Source: a virus (Duplodnaviria; Caudoviricetes). From it: a stretch of DNA of 64,000 bases. Numbering within the stretch: position 1 is the stretch's first letter; each line of letters opens with the position of its first letter. Below, piece by piece: positions 30,601-40,723 of this stretch. Below the pieces are notes generated by a model. That model was not told the origin of the DNA. It made no database searches and saw only the letters and a list, made by a program, of their open reading frames with translations. The stretch covers positions 36,424 through 100,423 of IMG/VR virus record IMGVR_UViG_3300043101_000190; one strand, written 5' to 3'. The position numbers were made by a program, and so were the translations under genes.

Positions 30601-33600
30601 TTCAAGTATTAATACTAAGTTTTATATGAATGATAATGGTTTTTATTTAGGAGTTAATAGTAATGGAATGGAAAATGCTATTTGTACTTCTAATAGCAAA
30701 TTGACCATAAGAACTAATGATTGCTATATATATAGTTCAACTAATTTTAAGTTAAATACAGTAGAATCTATAAAAATTGATGCTGGTACAGATTTTAAGA
30801 TTTACGAAAATGGTTATGGGAGGTTTCAAATAGCCGACCAAACGTATCTTCGTAATAAAGATAATAGTGTTGCGTTACAAATGAGTGATTCAACTATGTC
30901 TTTATATGGCGATACAATTGAAGCATATTCAAATTATGGCGGTATTAAATTTGATTTAAGTAATAGTGGATATTATGGAGATTATGGCAAATTCACTGTT
31001 AGAAATGCAAATTCTATTGGGCTTTATGTTCCTAATAATGAGGCTAATAAAACATTTAAATTATATGTTGGTAGAAATAATGCAAAAATAGGCTTTATAA
31101 ATACGTTAGAAAATAATAATTCTTATGGTGGAAAAATTGATAACGGTATTGCTATTGGAAAATCTAAAACACGAATTTACGGTATGTTACAACATCAAGG
31201 GGATAGACGTGTATTTAGTACTAATGGACAAGATAATACACGTTCTGAAGGTACTTCTGCAAAATCAGGTTGGATAAAATTAGCTTCAATAAGTCTTGAA
31301 GAAGAAAGCGGATGTCAACATTATTGCAATTTATATTTTAAAATAATAAATAAAGACCAATCAACTAACGAACCTACTGAATTGTTTTTAAAATTATATG
31401 GATTAGATGATACTGAAGTGGGTGTTTATAGTCTGCAGAATAGTTCTTTTAAATATAGTGGTATAACATATAGTCAAAATACAAATTATGTTTTTTTAGT
31501 AAAATCTTCTGATTTATGCTATGATTTGTATGTTAAAAAAATAACATCAGAAGACTTTGTTACAGTATTAGATTTTCACAATCAAGCAGCATTACATAAT
31601 ATAAGTGTTGAATGGCATGATAACTCTTTAGTTACAACAATGCCATCAAATCCTATATATCCTACATTAATAACAAAGACAAATAATTTAAGTGCAGAAT
31701 CAATAACTTCTAAAGATATAACAATATCAAATAATTTAACAGTTGATAACTCTATTACAACAGGTAGAATTATTGGTAAAGGCGGTAATTTAAATATTGA
31801 TTATACAGGATTAAAATTAAGAAAAGCGGATGCAACAAATATTCTTCAATTTGAAAATACAAAAGCATATCCTGTGCAGAATAGTGGAACTCTTGTATCT
31901 TTTGATTTAGGTGCAAGTGGTTATGAATTTAACAATATTTATGCTAAAAACTTTATAGCAACGACTTCTATTACGAGTAAAGTTTCTATGACTTCACCGT
32001 ATTATATAGCAACACAAAAAATAGCACTTACAAATGGTAAAGTTGCAGGATTTACAGAAGGTACTTCTCGATTGTATGGTGATGGAGTGGTTATATCAAA
32101 TCCTAAAATTGCAAATGACCAAGGATGGATTAGAGTAACAGGTACATCTGAGAGTGACACTATGTTGGAAATAGCGACAGGCGATGATGGTGGAGTAGGC
32201 GAACAAATTGTTGCAAGACAATATAATACTTCAAGTGCTGTTGCAAATGAATTAACTTTGCTTGATAAATCAGGTAATACAAGTGTACCTCATAATTTAA
32301 GTGTTGGTGGTACATTGGGAGTTACAGGTGCAACAACTTTAGGTAGTACATTAACTGTTACAAGTGATACTACATTAAAATCAAAAACAATTTTTGGTGT
32401 TGCAAGTAGTACTAATGGTGAATTATATATTCATAACAATAAGAATGATTATTATATAAAATTAATTTCAGGGTTGGCTAATGTTTCATCACCTACTGCT
32501 AATGTTACAAACACACTTCCACCTGTTGATTGTGTTTTATCATCAGTAGCAAGAACAGATTATTCACCTAAATGGTTAAATACAAATAATGAACTTACAT
32601 TTGGTGCTTCAGGACTTCAATTTTTTAGTCTTAGTGGTACTGTACAAACAGGAACGACTAATAAAGCTAATACTACTGATGCAAAAACAAATAATACTCC
32701 TACTACTGCTTGGTATCATATATTGAGAATGAACTATCAAGGTTCAACAGGTTATTATGGAGATATAGCATTATCCGTTAATGATTCAGGTGGTATGTAT
32801 TGGCGTAGAGTTACCAATGGAAGTAGTTATGGTTGGGTTCGTTCAATAGACCAAAATGGTGGAGAGTTATTTGACGGTAAACATTTAGATAGAGTTGGTA
32901 AAAGTTCAAGTTGGTATAATGGTAGAGATAATGCTATGATTATACAAACCTCTATAACTGGATATAATCCAATAATATCAGCCAAAACTTCAGTTGGTTC
33001 TTGGGAGTTTGGACCATATAATAATAATGATGCTATGTGTTTAACATATATTACAGATACAAATTATTCTGCAAAAACAAACACCGCAACAGCCTCTTAT
33101 GCTTTTGGTATTGATGGTGTACTTACCGCAACTACATTTAAGGGTAGTTTGTCAGGGAATGCAGATACAGCTTCAGCAGTTCAAAACAATACAACACATA
33201 CAAATGGTACGTATTATCCTACCTTTGTTAGTTCAACTAATACTACGGCACAATTATATGAAAGTGAAGCTTTTCAATATAAAATAACCAATGGTACAAC
33301 ATCTGCTGATGGTAGTGCAAGTCTCATTGTTGGTAATAATACTAAAAGTGGAACAATAAACAATAAAAAAGGATATATATTTTTATATAATTCAGGTACT
33401 AATTATGGTAAATTACATTATGCACCTATTGTAGCAGATGATGGTACGTCATCTGATGCTGAATTTAAATTTAGAAAAGGTGGATATGTTATTACCACAG
33501 GTGAAGTAAGTTATTCAGGATTAACAACTGGTTATCAAATTGGTAAATTAGGATTAGGTACAACTGAATTTACTTTATATGGTACAGATACTAAAAATAC

Positions 33601-36196
33601 TGTTGGTGATACTAATATTACGTTTACAGATGTTGATGATAAGAGTGAAAAATTATATTATGTTGGCGTAACCAATAATAGTGAAAAGGGTTCACAACAA
33701 AGTTACAAAGACAATAATGTATATATTTATCAACATACCGTTTCTGAAAAACAAACGGATGGTACATATAAAGACGTAAATCAGGATTTCCTTAATAGTA
33801 AATATATTAAAACTCAATATATTGAAGGTAGCGAAGGTCTTACTATTCAAACTATGAATGACGGTAAAGTTTGGTTTAGAAACAGTACTGATAATAATAA
33901 CTATGCTGTTATACAAAAAAATTCATCAGGTAAGTTTGAATTTAGATTAGACACTATGGGTGCAACGGATAATAGTGATTTCCATATACTTGGTAATACT
34001 ATTTATTTTAATTCTTTTGTTGGTACAGATGGTACAACGACAACTTATGGTTCAATAAATAGTGATACATTTAATGTAAACTCAAAAAAATCTATATTTA
34101 GAAATATAGTTCCATTTGCGACTGAGAATTATTCACTTGGTCAAGATAATGATGATGGTAAGTTGTATTGGAACAAATTATATGTAAAAGATATTACAGC
34201 AACAGGTGATGTAAGTGTTGGTGGAACTTTAACTACTTGCAATATTTATCCTAAAGCTGATAATTCATACAATTTAGGTGGAAGCTCTACTTTAAGATGG
34301 AAAAATGTTTATGCTGTTACATTTAATGGTGCATTAAGTGGTAATGCTACTACTGCAACTCAATTAGCAACAGCAAGGACAATTACTTTAGCTGGCGATT
34401 TAACAGGTTCTGTTAGTTTTAATGGTGCTTCAAATGTTACTTTAAATGGATATGCTTATTATAGTACTGTTACTGTTGGTAATACAAATAATTATCCATA
34501 TCATAGAATTGCAAAACTTGATACTATAACAACAACCTATACAGATAAATGTATTACATTATATATATCACAAGGATATAATACTGGAAATTATGGTATT
34601 GCAAGAGTTGTACTTAGAACTAATTCAGGCACTACTGCTTCTACGGTTAATATAGAATGGTTAGTTAGAAAAGGCTTTGCAGTAGATGCTTTACAAGCAG
34701 GCATATATAATGTTTGTGGTTATACTTATTGTGATTTATTCTTAAAAACACAAGGTGCTTATGCAGGTGCAGTTATTAGAGATATTGGTTCAGAAGCAAG
34801 AAATTCTATTGGTAGAACTTGGACTTTGGTAAATAGTACAGAAGTAAATAATACAACTTCATCAGATGCTTTGACAAGTATAGACTGTTATGCAAGTTTA
34901 GCAACAGCAGCCACAAAATTACATTCACAAGCCTATTCATTAACAGAAGATGAAGATATACCAAAAGGTGTTGATGTAGGTGAAGTAAATAAGGCGAATA
35001 GTGCAACAACAGCTGATACAGCAACTACTGCTACAAATGCAACCAATGCTACTTATGCGAGTCAAGGTAAAGATGGTAGTTTTAAAAGTGCAAGTATGTA
35101 TGCTTCAAATTTATATGGAAATGCGAACATTAATATAAACGCAGACCAGCTTTATATCCAAAATTATGCAAAAAGTACAAAATATGTTTCATTAACAAGT
35201 AGTCAACTTACTATAAATATTGATAATACCACTATAAGAAATATTAACCCATATGCTGATAGTAAATATAATTTAGGTAATAGTGGTTTACGTTGGGACT
35301 CTATTTACGGAAAAGAATTAAGAATAGATAGTATTGATAATTCTTTTGCAAATGATGATGAAGATGCTGCAATTAATTTGAAATCGCATATTAATTTTAC
35401 AGGAGACCACTTTTTTTCTGATTCAACAAATAATTGTTGTTTTGATATAGATATGGACCAAAGCAACGGTACGTTTGAAATAGGTATGCGTGATGGTGAT
35501 GTAACAGCTGATTGGTCTAGTAGAATCAATTTTAAACCCAATGGTGTAAGTTTAATTGCGGAAAGTTTTATTAATGTTGTTGGTTCTGATAATGTAATTA
35601 TTAAAGGTGATTCTGATGAAATTAATATTGGTAATGGTGTAAGAATTTCATCTTGTGACGGAGAATTAAAATTATATAGCAATTATGATATAAATATTTC
35701 GAATAGAGGTGCGTATATCCCATTAGCAGACATTAGCTTTGAAAGTTCTTATTCTTCTGGATATGTTATTGGCAATTGGAGTAATTTAAAAAAAGCTATA
35801 TATGGGACTTCTTATAATCATAATGGGAATATTAGTATGGTTTCTACCGATAAAATAAGAAGTATTTCTGATGATTGTACTGATATAATTTCTTGTCAAG
35901 ATATAAATTTATATTCACAAAACAACACGAATATATTCTCTAATACAGGAATAAGATTAATTCCAAGTGGTGATGTTTATTTACTTCCTGGTGGAAAAGG
36001 TGCTGATAATAGACCATCCAAAACTGAGTTTGTTTATACAGGTAATATTAAGGGTAAAAAGTTTTCTGATGATGATGCTGAAAAACCAACCATCACCAAC
36101 TTCTCAGATATACATTCAGAAAAATTTGAAGTTGATGGAAAATGGAATATTTCAGTTAATTCTGAAACAGGTGCTTTGGATTTTTGTATTAAATGA
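27674..36196 (+). CDS. giant (~2840 aa) mosaic fibre/adhesin
   Basis: Mtd_N-like start, internal duplicated domain, knob-like DLDTLTTTGIY..WGSW, ATQLATARTITL..FNG motif, S/T-rich; GGAGG SD favours TTG 27674. Confidence 0.8.
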   Translation: MASTKTLQTRIKHKYDTSTNWDNSTNPLLQGELGISNDDGIIKVGDGTNTYNNLEDTHVYPSKYYLDNSPAVPLIIGTQTKATGTWTGVSDTIVALKDGLTIKYWLPYAGSGSASLTLTLKDGTTTSAIPVYYGGTTRINAQYEAGCILTLTYLSEPNVKGDIKSAGWWADANSDTDTNIYDKTKYAGVVYAKKAISASNIITGNSEGYSQLNSGDAFDVTYPILYATKSITINKTGSENYILTSFTTSTTQKGNFTLYKTVFIKGTLSGTTFTPVSTTPLVQIDDTTDTDESYYYVLLGLVSKATEMYLAPPHPVYKFIDGVFSLVNTWRPVVDNLTSTDTDKSLSANQGKVLDDKKITHTTITTATDLDTLTTTGIYHLKVSNNTKVPTTGNGTLYVDFNVSTPYQIWEADNVTGKYYKRTYTNSSWGSWVTLYRTDTVTTATTSGSGNVLTSITATNGALSITKDLSVYSKSETYTQTEINNLLLNYVPKTGGEFTGAVTISDELYNDSATLGDVIVNGSARFNNTVYISQTPSTDTQAANKKYVDDAIKAGFAANDAMVFKGVVDSTTTWNKINSATHSAGDTYRVSVKGTYGNDVCEVGDLIICINDGTSANNDDWIVVQTNIDGAVTNTTNTSTKGNVAVFSDTTGRVIEDSGIASSNLFLTTAIKNLTIQTNGSNLCTYTPNSNTEIFDFKAGTNVTLSTDTSSHTHTITISSSDTHLTSKNIVGNSEATTNTTSVLTNGNVYLKHIESNSTTPTSSHLIKGTGSSTVETDSSGNIIVDSVPLIIGTQTTTTASWTGKAETISVLKDGMSIKYWLPTTSASNVTLNLTLKGGSTTGALPVYYSGTTRLTTHYAANNIVSLVYRENVTIGSTTIAKGFWCDGDYNSNTDVYVKQTLTSNDGRYPLLASTKNTGTTTTDVTTTAYRNNNIYMTPSTGALTVSKLFSSFNSNGEDDSTHCVDLQGEYSTPNYSSINTKFYMNDNGFYLGVNSNGMENAICTSNSKLTIRTNDCYIYSSTNFKLNTVESIKIDAGTDFKIYENGYGRFQIADQTYLRNKDNSVALQMSDSTMSLYGDTIEAYSNYGGIKFDLSNSGYYGDYGKFTVRNANSIGLYVPNNEANKTFKLYVGRNNAKIGFINTLENNNSYGGKIDNGIAIGKSKTRIYGMLQHQGDRRVFSTNGQDNTRSEGTSAKSGWIKLASISLEEESGCQHYCNLYFKIINKDQSTNEPTELFLKLYGLDDTEVGVYSLQNSSFKYSGITYSQNTNYVFLVKSSDLCYDLYVKKITSEDFVTVLDFHNQAALHNISVEWHDNSLVTTMPSNPIYPTLITKTNNLSAESITSKDITISNNLTVDNSITTGRIIGKGGNLNIDYTGLKLRKADATNILQFENTKAYPVQNSGTLVSFDLGASGYEFNNIYAKNFIATTSITSKVSMTSPYYIATQKIALTNGKVAGFTEGTSRLYGDGVVISNPKIANDQGWIRVTGTSESDTMLEIATGDDGGVGEQIVARQYNTSSAVANELTLLDKSGNTSVPHNLSVGGTLGVTGATTLGSTLTVTSDTTLKSKTIFGVASSTNGELYIHNNKNDYYIKLISGLANVSSPTANVTNTLPPVDCVLSSVARTDYSPKWLNTNNELTFGASGLQFFSLSGTVQTGTTNKANTTDAKTNNTPTTAWYHILRMNYQGSTGYYGDIALSVNDSGGMYWRRVTNGSSYGWVRSIDQNGGELFDGKHLDRVGKSSSWYNGRDNAMIIQTSITGYNPIISAKTSVGSWEFGPYNNNDAMCLTYITDTNYSAKTNTATASYAFGIDGVLTATTFKGSLSGNADTASAVQNNTTHTNGTYYPTFVSSTNTTAQLYESEAFQYKITNGTTSADGSASLIVGNNTKSGTINNKKGYIFLYNSGTNYGKLHYAPIVADDGTSSDAEFKFRKGGYVITTGEVSYSGLTTGYQIGKLGLGTTEFTLYGTDTKNTVGDTNITFTDVDDKSEKLYYVGVTNNSEKGSQQSYKDNNVYIYQHTVSEKQTDGTYKDVNQDFLNSKYIKTQYIEGSEGLTIQTMNDGKVWFRNSTDNNNYAVIQKNSSGKFEFRLDTMGATDNSDFHILGNTIYFNSFVGTDGTTTTYGSINSDTFNVNSKKSIFRNIVPFATENYSLGQDNDDGKLYWNKLYVKDITATGDVSVGGTLTTCNIYPKADNSYNLGGSSTLRWKNVYAVTFNGALSGNATTATQLATARTITLAGDLTGSVSFNGASNVTLNGYAYYSTVTVGNTNNYPYHRIAKLDTITTTYTDKCITLYISQGYNTGNYGIARVVLRTNSGTTASTVNIEWLVRKGFAVDALQAGIYNVCGYTYCDLFLKTQGAYAGAVIRDIGSEARNSIGRTWTLVNSTEVNNTTSSDALTSIDCYASLATAATKLHSQAYSLTEDEDIPKGVDVGEVNKANSATTADTATTATNATNATYASQGKDGSFKSASMYASNLYGNANININADQLYIQNYAKSTKYVSLTSSQLTINIDNTTIRNINPYADSKYNLGNSGLRWDSIYGKELRIDSIDNSFANDDEDAAINLKSHINFTGDHFFSDSTNNCCFDIDMDQSNGTFEIGMRDGDVTADWSSRINFKPNGVSLIAESFINVVGSDNVIIKGDSDEINIGNGVRISSCDGELKLYSNYDINISNRGAYIPLADISFESSYSSGYVIGNWSNLKKAIYGTSYNHNGNISMVSTDKIRSISDDCTDIISCQDINLYSQNNTNIFSNTGIRLIPSGDVYLLPGGKGADNRPSKTEFVYTGNIKGKKFSDDDAEKPTITNFSDIHSEKFEVDGKWNISVNSETGALDFCIK

Positions 36197-36275
36197 TTTA
36201 TATAAGGGAGTCTTTACTCCCTTATATTTATTTTACGTTATTTTATTGTAAAAAATAAAAGGGAGTTTTTGATTT

Positions 36276-36959
36276 ATGAATAGACTTAAAAGATTAACAA
36301 AGACAGCTTCTTTTACTCTTGAAAATATTAATTATTATGATGAACTTACAGAGGACCAACAGAAACTTATAAAGAAGTTAGATGATGATTATGTTTTTAA
36401 CCGAGCACAAATAAGCACAATAGTATACTGTTTGCTTGATAATTTTACTGATGAACAAATTAAATTTATTGCTAATCCTAACTTTGATGCACAGCTTATG
36501 AGATTTATAGAAATAGGTTTTGAAAAGAATTTATCAAAAGAAGCTGTTGCTTTATATTCTAATCCTCAGTTTGATTATAACCAAATGCGTACTATTTTGG
36601 GTGCTTTAACAGATAATGGTTTATCAGTAGAGCAGGTTAAAGTTTTTGCTACTACTAAATTTGATAATTTCCAAATGAGCGTAATAAGAGATGGCTTTAT
36701 TAATGGTTATACTATGGAACAAGTAAAAATGTATGCTAAACCTGCTTTTGATTATGACCAAATGCTTTATATCTATTCAGGTATAAGACATTTAGGTGAA
36801 GAAAAGACTAAATTGTTTGCAAATCCTGGTATTAGTGCTGAAACAATGAATCAGATTTTTGATGATTTTGAAAAGAATAAACTTTCTATTGAAGACGTAA
36901 AAGAAAAGTATAAGTTGGCAAGTAGAAAATCAAAAATTAATAGATTAGGTAATAGATAA
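36276..36959 (+). CDS. helical-repeat protein with basic termini, paralog of 1560..2363
   Basis: MNRLKRLTKTA leader; repeats xxEQVKxxAxPxFDxxQM; C-term ASRKSKINRLG. Confidence 0.65.
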   Translation: MNRLKRLTKTASFTLENINYYDELTEDQQKLIKKLDDDYVFNRAQISTIVYCLLDNFTDEQIKFIANPNFDAQLMRFIEIGFEKNLSKEAVALYSNPQFDYNQMRTILGALTDNGLSVEQVKVFATTKFDNFQMSVIRDGFINGYTMEQVKMYAKPAFDYDQMLYIYSGIRHLGEEKTKLFANPGISAETMNQIFDDFEKNKLSIEDVKEKYKLASRKSKINRLGNR

Positions 36960-36994
36960 TTTAATTATTTAATATTTTAAATATTTAGTATATA

Positions 36995-37036
36995 AAAAGA
37001 TAAGGAACTTTGTTTTTCAAATCCTTATCTTTTTTA
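36995..37036 (+). terminator. intrinsic terminator
   Basis: AAAAGATAAGGA...TCCTTATCTTTTT. Confidence 0.6.
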
Positions 37037-37062
37037 TTCTTTAAATAAAAGGGGTTTTTAAG

Positions 37063-37140
37063 ATGGGATATATATTTGCTTTATTATTCCTTATAGTAAT
37101 TGGTATTGCACTAAATGAAGATGAGGAGGACAAAAAATGA
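37063..37140 (+). CDS. 25-aa single-TM peptide coupled (ATGA overlap) to LamG gene 1
   Basis: MGYIFALLFLIVIGIALNEDEEDKK*; AAGGGG SD. Confidence 0.4.
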   Translation: MGYIFALLFLIVIGIALNEDEEDKK

Positions 37141-38916
37141 GTTTAGTTGCACATTATAATTTAAATGGTAATTTTAATAATACAGGCGTTGGTGATGCTG
37201 AAATGACAGTTTCTACTACACCAACTTATGTAAATGGAAAAGCAGGGTTAGCCTTATCTAACGGGGGGGTACTGGACAGCTGACCAAACTAATAAATTAT
37301 TAAATAATCAACAATTTAGTTTTGCTACGTGGATATATGTAAATGCTGAAACAGGAAGTACAAGTAATAAGGCTATGATTTTCGGTAGAGATAGTATGCC
37401 AAGACAATATTCATTATTTCAATATCCAAGTTGTAATGATTTACATTGGAGTTGGTATATTACGTCTTCAATAGGTTTTGCAGGTGTACTATATTCAGTA
37501 TTACCTTCTTATCAATGGACTCACATATGTGTTACTTATAACAATCCCAATTGTACTATTTATATTAACGGTGAAAAAGTAAAAGAAGTTACAGGTGTTA
37601 CTAAATATACTGATTTCAATTATCAAACAGAGGTAATTCATAATTCTGCTTATCATTATTTGATGGATTATAGAGTATATAATCATTGTTTATCTTTTAA
37701 TGAAGTAAAAAATATTTATAAGGGTTTATTTCTTCATTATCCATTAAATAATTTAATAAACGAAAATTTAGTTCCTAACTTAGCACAATATACTAAAAGT
37801 AATCCTTATACAATAGACACTCCAAAAGTTGACGGTTGGGTTTGGATGACAGGTACAACTTTTATTTGTGAGGCTAATACTAAATATACTGTACAGGTAA
37901 AATCTGACGGCACTTGTACGTCTGTTCATAGCGGTAGTGGTCATCTACCTGAAAATAAAGATTTTTCTGTATGGCTTTATACCTGCAATGAAGATACTAC
38001 AAAAAATGCTTATAATGGTGGCTATGATACAGCAGACAACTTAAAAAATAATACGCATAATTATAGATTTGAAAATGGTAAACATATATGGACTTATACG
38101 ACTTCGAGTAATGCAAAATATATGTCATTTAGACTTAATGCTTATTCAAATGGTACTGATAATGTAATAGTTAATTTTTGGGATATGAAAATAGAAAAAG
38201 GTGATACAGCAACCAAATATACGCCTAATGTAAATGATGAACTATATACACAAATGGGTTATGATGATAAAACTGTTTATGACGTATCAGGTTATTGTAA
38301 TAATGGTACAATAGTTAATTCTCCAACTTTTAGTTCAGATAGTCCTTTTTATAGTGGTGCTTATTATTTTGATGGTGCAGAAGTAAGACAAGTGACTACG
38401 CCTAATATGTTGCTTGAAAATTTCACACAAGGCACAATTTCAATGTGGATAAATAGATATTCTACTGATAGTAATTGGAGAACCTATTTATATTTTGCTA
38501 ATTCTTTTAATTGGACTGGTAATGGATTAGATGCAATTATTTTTGCTACAACTGGTGGTTCAAATATAAGTATGGATTGTTGTAGTAATGTATATTCTTT
38601 TTCTATTGATTTAAATAAATGGTATATGTGTACTTTGACTTGGGATTTGGAAACACATACAGTAAAATATTATGTTAATGGTGAATTAAAGAAAACCAAT
38701 ACAAATGACAGAATAAATACAACATATATGTCAAAGCACAACTATCATTTAATAGGTAATCATAATGGTTATGCTTCGGCTGATTATAGTTTGTCTGATT
38801 TAAGAATTTATTATACAGCTTTAACTGATGAAGATGTAAAAGAATTATATCAAACAAGATTTAAAATAGATGTAAATGGTAATTTTTTGACAACAGGTGA
38901 ATTGGTAGAGGAATAA
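37137..38916 (+). CDS. double LamG/concanavalin-A-like lectin adhesin 1, frameshifted (OFF) at poly-G
   Basis: GGAGG SD, MSLVAHYNL start like paralogs; stops at 37283 with G7; G6/G9 joins it to ORF 37375..38916 (592 aa with G6). Confidence 0.8.
37263..37269 (+). repeat. poly-G tract G7 (OFF state)
   Basis: AAC GGGGGGG TAC; sits exactly at the +1 frame break. Confidence 0.9.
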
Positions 38917-38947
38917 AAGTATTCCTCTATTAAGGGAGGGATATTTT

Positions 38948-40677
38948 TTGAGTTTACAAGTTTGGTTGCCTTTAAATGACAACCTTAGAAATCAAGGTTT
39001 ACAAAATTTTAATATAACCGAAACAGGTACTAATACTTTTGTAAATGATGAATTAGGTAATTATTTATATTTTACAGGAAGTAATTATATAACAACAAAT
39101 TATGCTTGGAATCCAAATACTTTTTCTATCAGTTTTTGGATATATATTAAAGATAATCCGAGTGGTACTATTATAAGAAATACAACTAAGTATAGTCCTT
39201 GTGTTGACTTTTATCAATCTAATATGAGATTGTTTTATTGGATTGATTCAAATAGTAATAATGGTGGTATTTTTTATGCCAATTATCCCAAAAATCAATG
39301 GGTTCATTATGTTTGTTTATATAATGGAACACAAACATTAATATATGAAAATACTGAATTGGTTGCTACTTTAAATAGCCCTAAAGCTCCATATAGTACA
39401 GGTTATTTACAAATAGGTAATTGTGATTCTAATTCAACAGTAGGTATTTTGAAAAATGTTTATTTAAGAGATTTAAGAATATATGACAATGCTTTAACGG
39501 AATTACAAATAAAAGAATTATCTAAGGGAAAAATATTGCATTTACCTTTAAATAATATTAGTAGGGATAGTAGTAATTTAGTTCAATCGTCTTTTCTTGA
39601 TTGGCAACAAAAAACTGCGTCTGGCAATTCTAATAATTGTCTTGTTATAGGTTATGTATTAACAAATGGGCTATCAGTAGGTGACGTTGTAAGGGTTACA
39701 GTTTCTTGTAAATGGAAAAATATAACATATCCCGAAAGCGATACAGAAACAGTTCATAAGGTTAATCTTCAAGGTTATGGTGACGTTACTAATTGGAGTA
39801 GTGGTAGATTTAATAGTAGTCAAGGTGTTATTATTCCTGAAGGGGATTTTACTTATGATTATAATTATACTTTTACTATTACAGAAGACCATCTAAAAAA
39901 TACAATTTGGACTGTTCAAATGCGACACGATTATTTAAAAGGTTATTTTTATTATAAACAATTTAAAGTATGTAAAGATACAGCTCCTACTGCTTTTGTA
40001 CCTTCTTGGAATGATACAATTAGTTTTTTTGATGAAAATGAATATGATATATCTGGATTTAATAATAATTTAATTACAACTAAAACTGTAACTCCTATCG
40101 CAATTTCGGGGGGGGTATTAATGCCCCTAAGTATAGTAACTGTTACCACTTCGATGGAACACAAAGATTATATGGTAGCGTAAACATAGGTAATGTTTAT
40201 ACTTATTCAGTTTGGTTTAATTCTGATGAAACAGCAAAAAATACTAATTGGATATTATGCTTGAATAATAGTGATTATTCTACTGTTCAGTTTGGAGTAT
40301 ATATCCTTTCAACGGGAATTTTATATTATATAAATAATGCAATAAAAAATTATAGTAAGGAAATAATTTTAAATACTTGGTATCATTTAGCTATTAGTTA
40401 TGATGGTGCAACTGCTAAACTTTATTTAAATGGTGAAAAAGTAGATAGTCTTTCTACGACCAATACTTATACTAAAAGAACTAATTTTAATATTGGTTGT
40501 AGAAGTAATGCAACTAATAATTCATCAGGAGCTTATTTCTTCAAAGGTTATATATCTGATTGTATTATTTACTCTACTGTCTTATCGGATGATGATATAA
40601 AAGAAATATATAATAAAAGATTTAGTATAGATACTAATGGTAACTTTGTTACATATGGTGAATTAGTAGAAGAATAA
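38948..40677 (+). CDS. double LamG lectin adhesin 2, frameshifted (truncated) at poly-G
   Basis: With G8 ends at 40183; G9/G6 continues INAPKYSNCYHFDG.. into ORF 40261..40677, restoring second LamG and C-term RFSIDTNGNFVTYGELVEE (576 aa with G9). Confidence 0.8.
40108..40115 (+). repeat. poly-G tract G8 (OFF state)
   Basis: TC GGGGGGGG TATT at the -1 frame break. Confidence 0.9.
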
Positions 40678-40723
40678 AGATAATAACCTCTTTGTTCTTC
40701 TAAAAAACAAGGAGGTTTTATTT

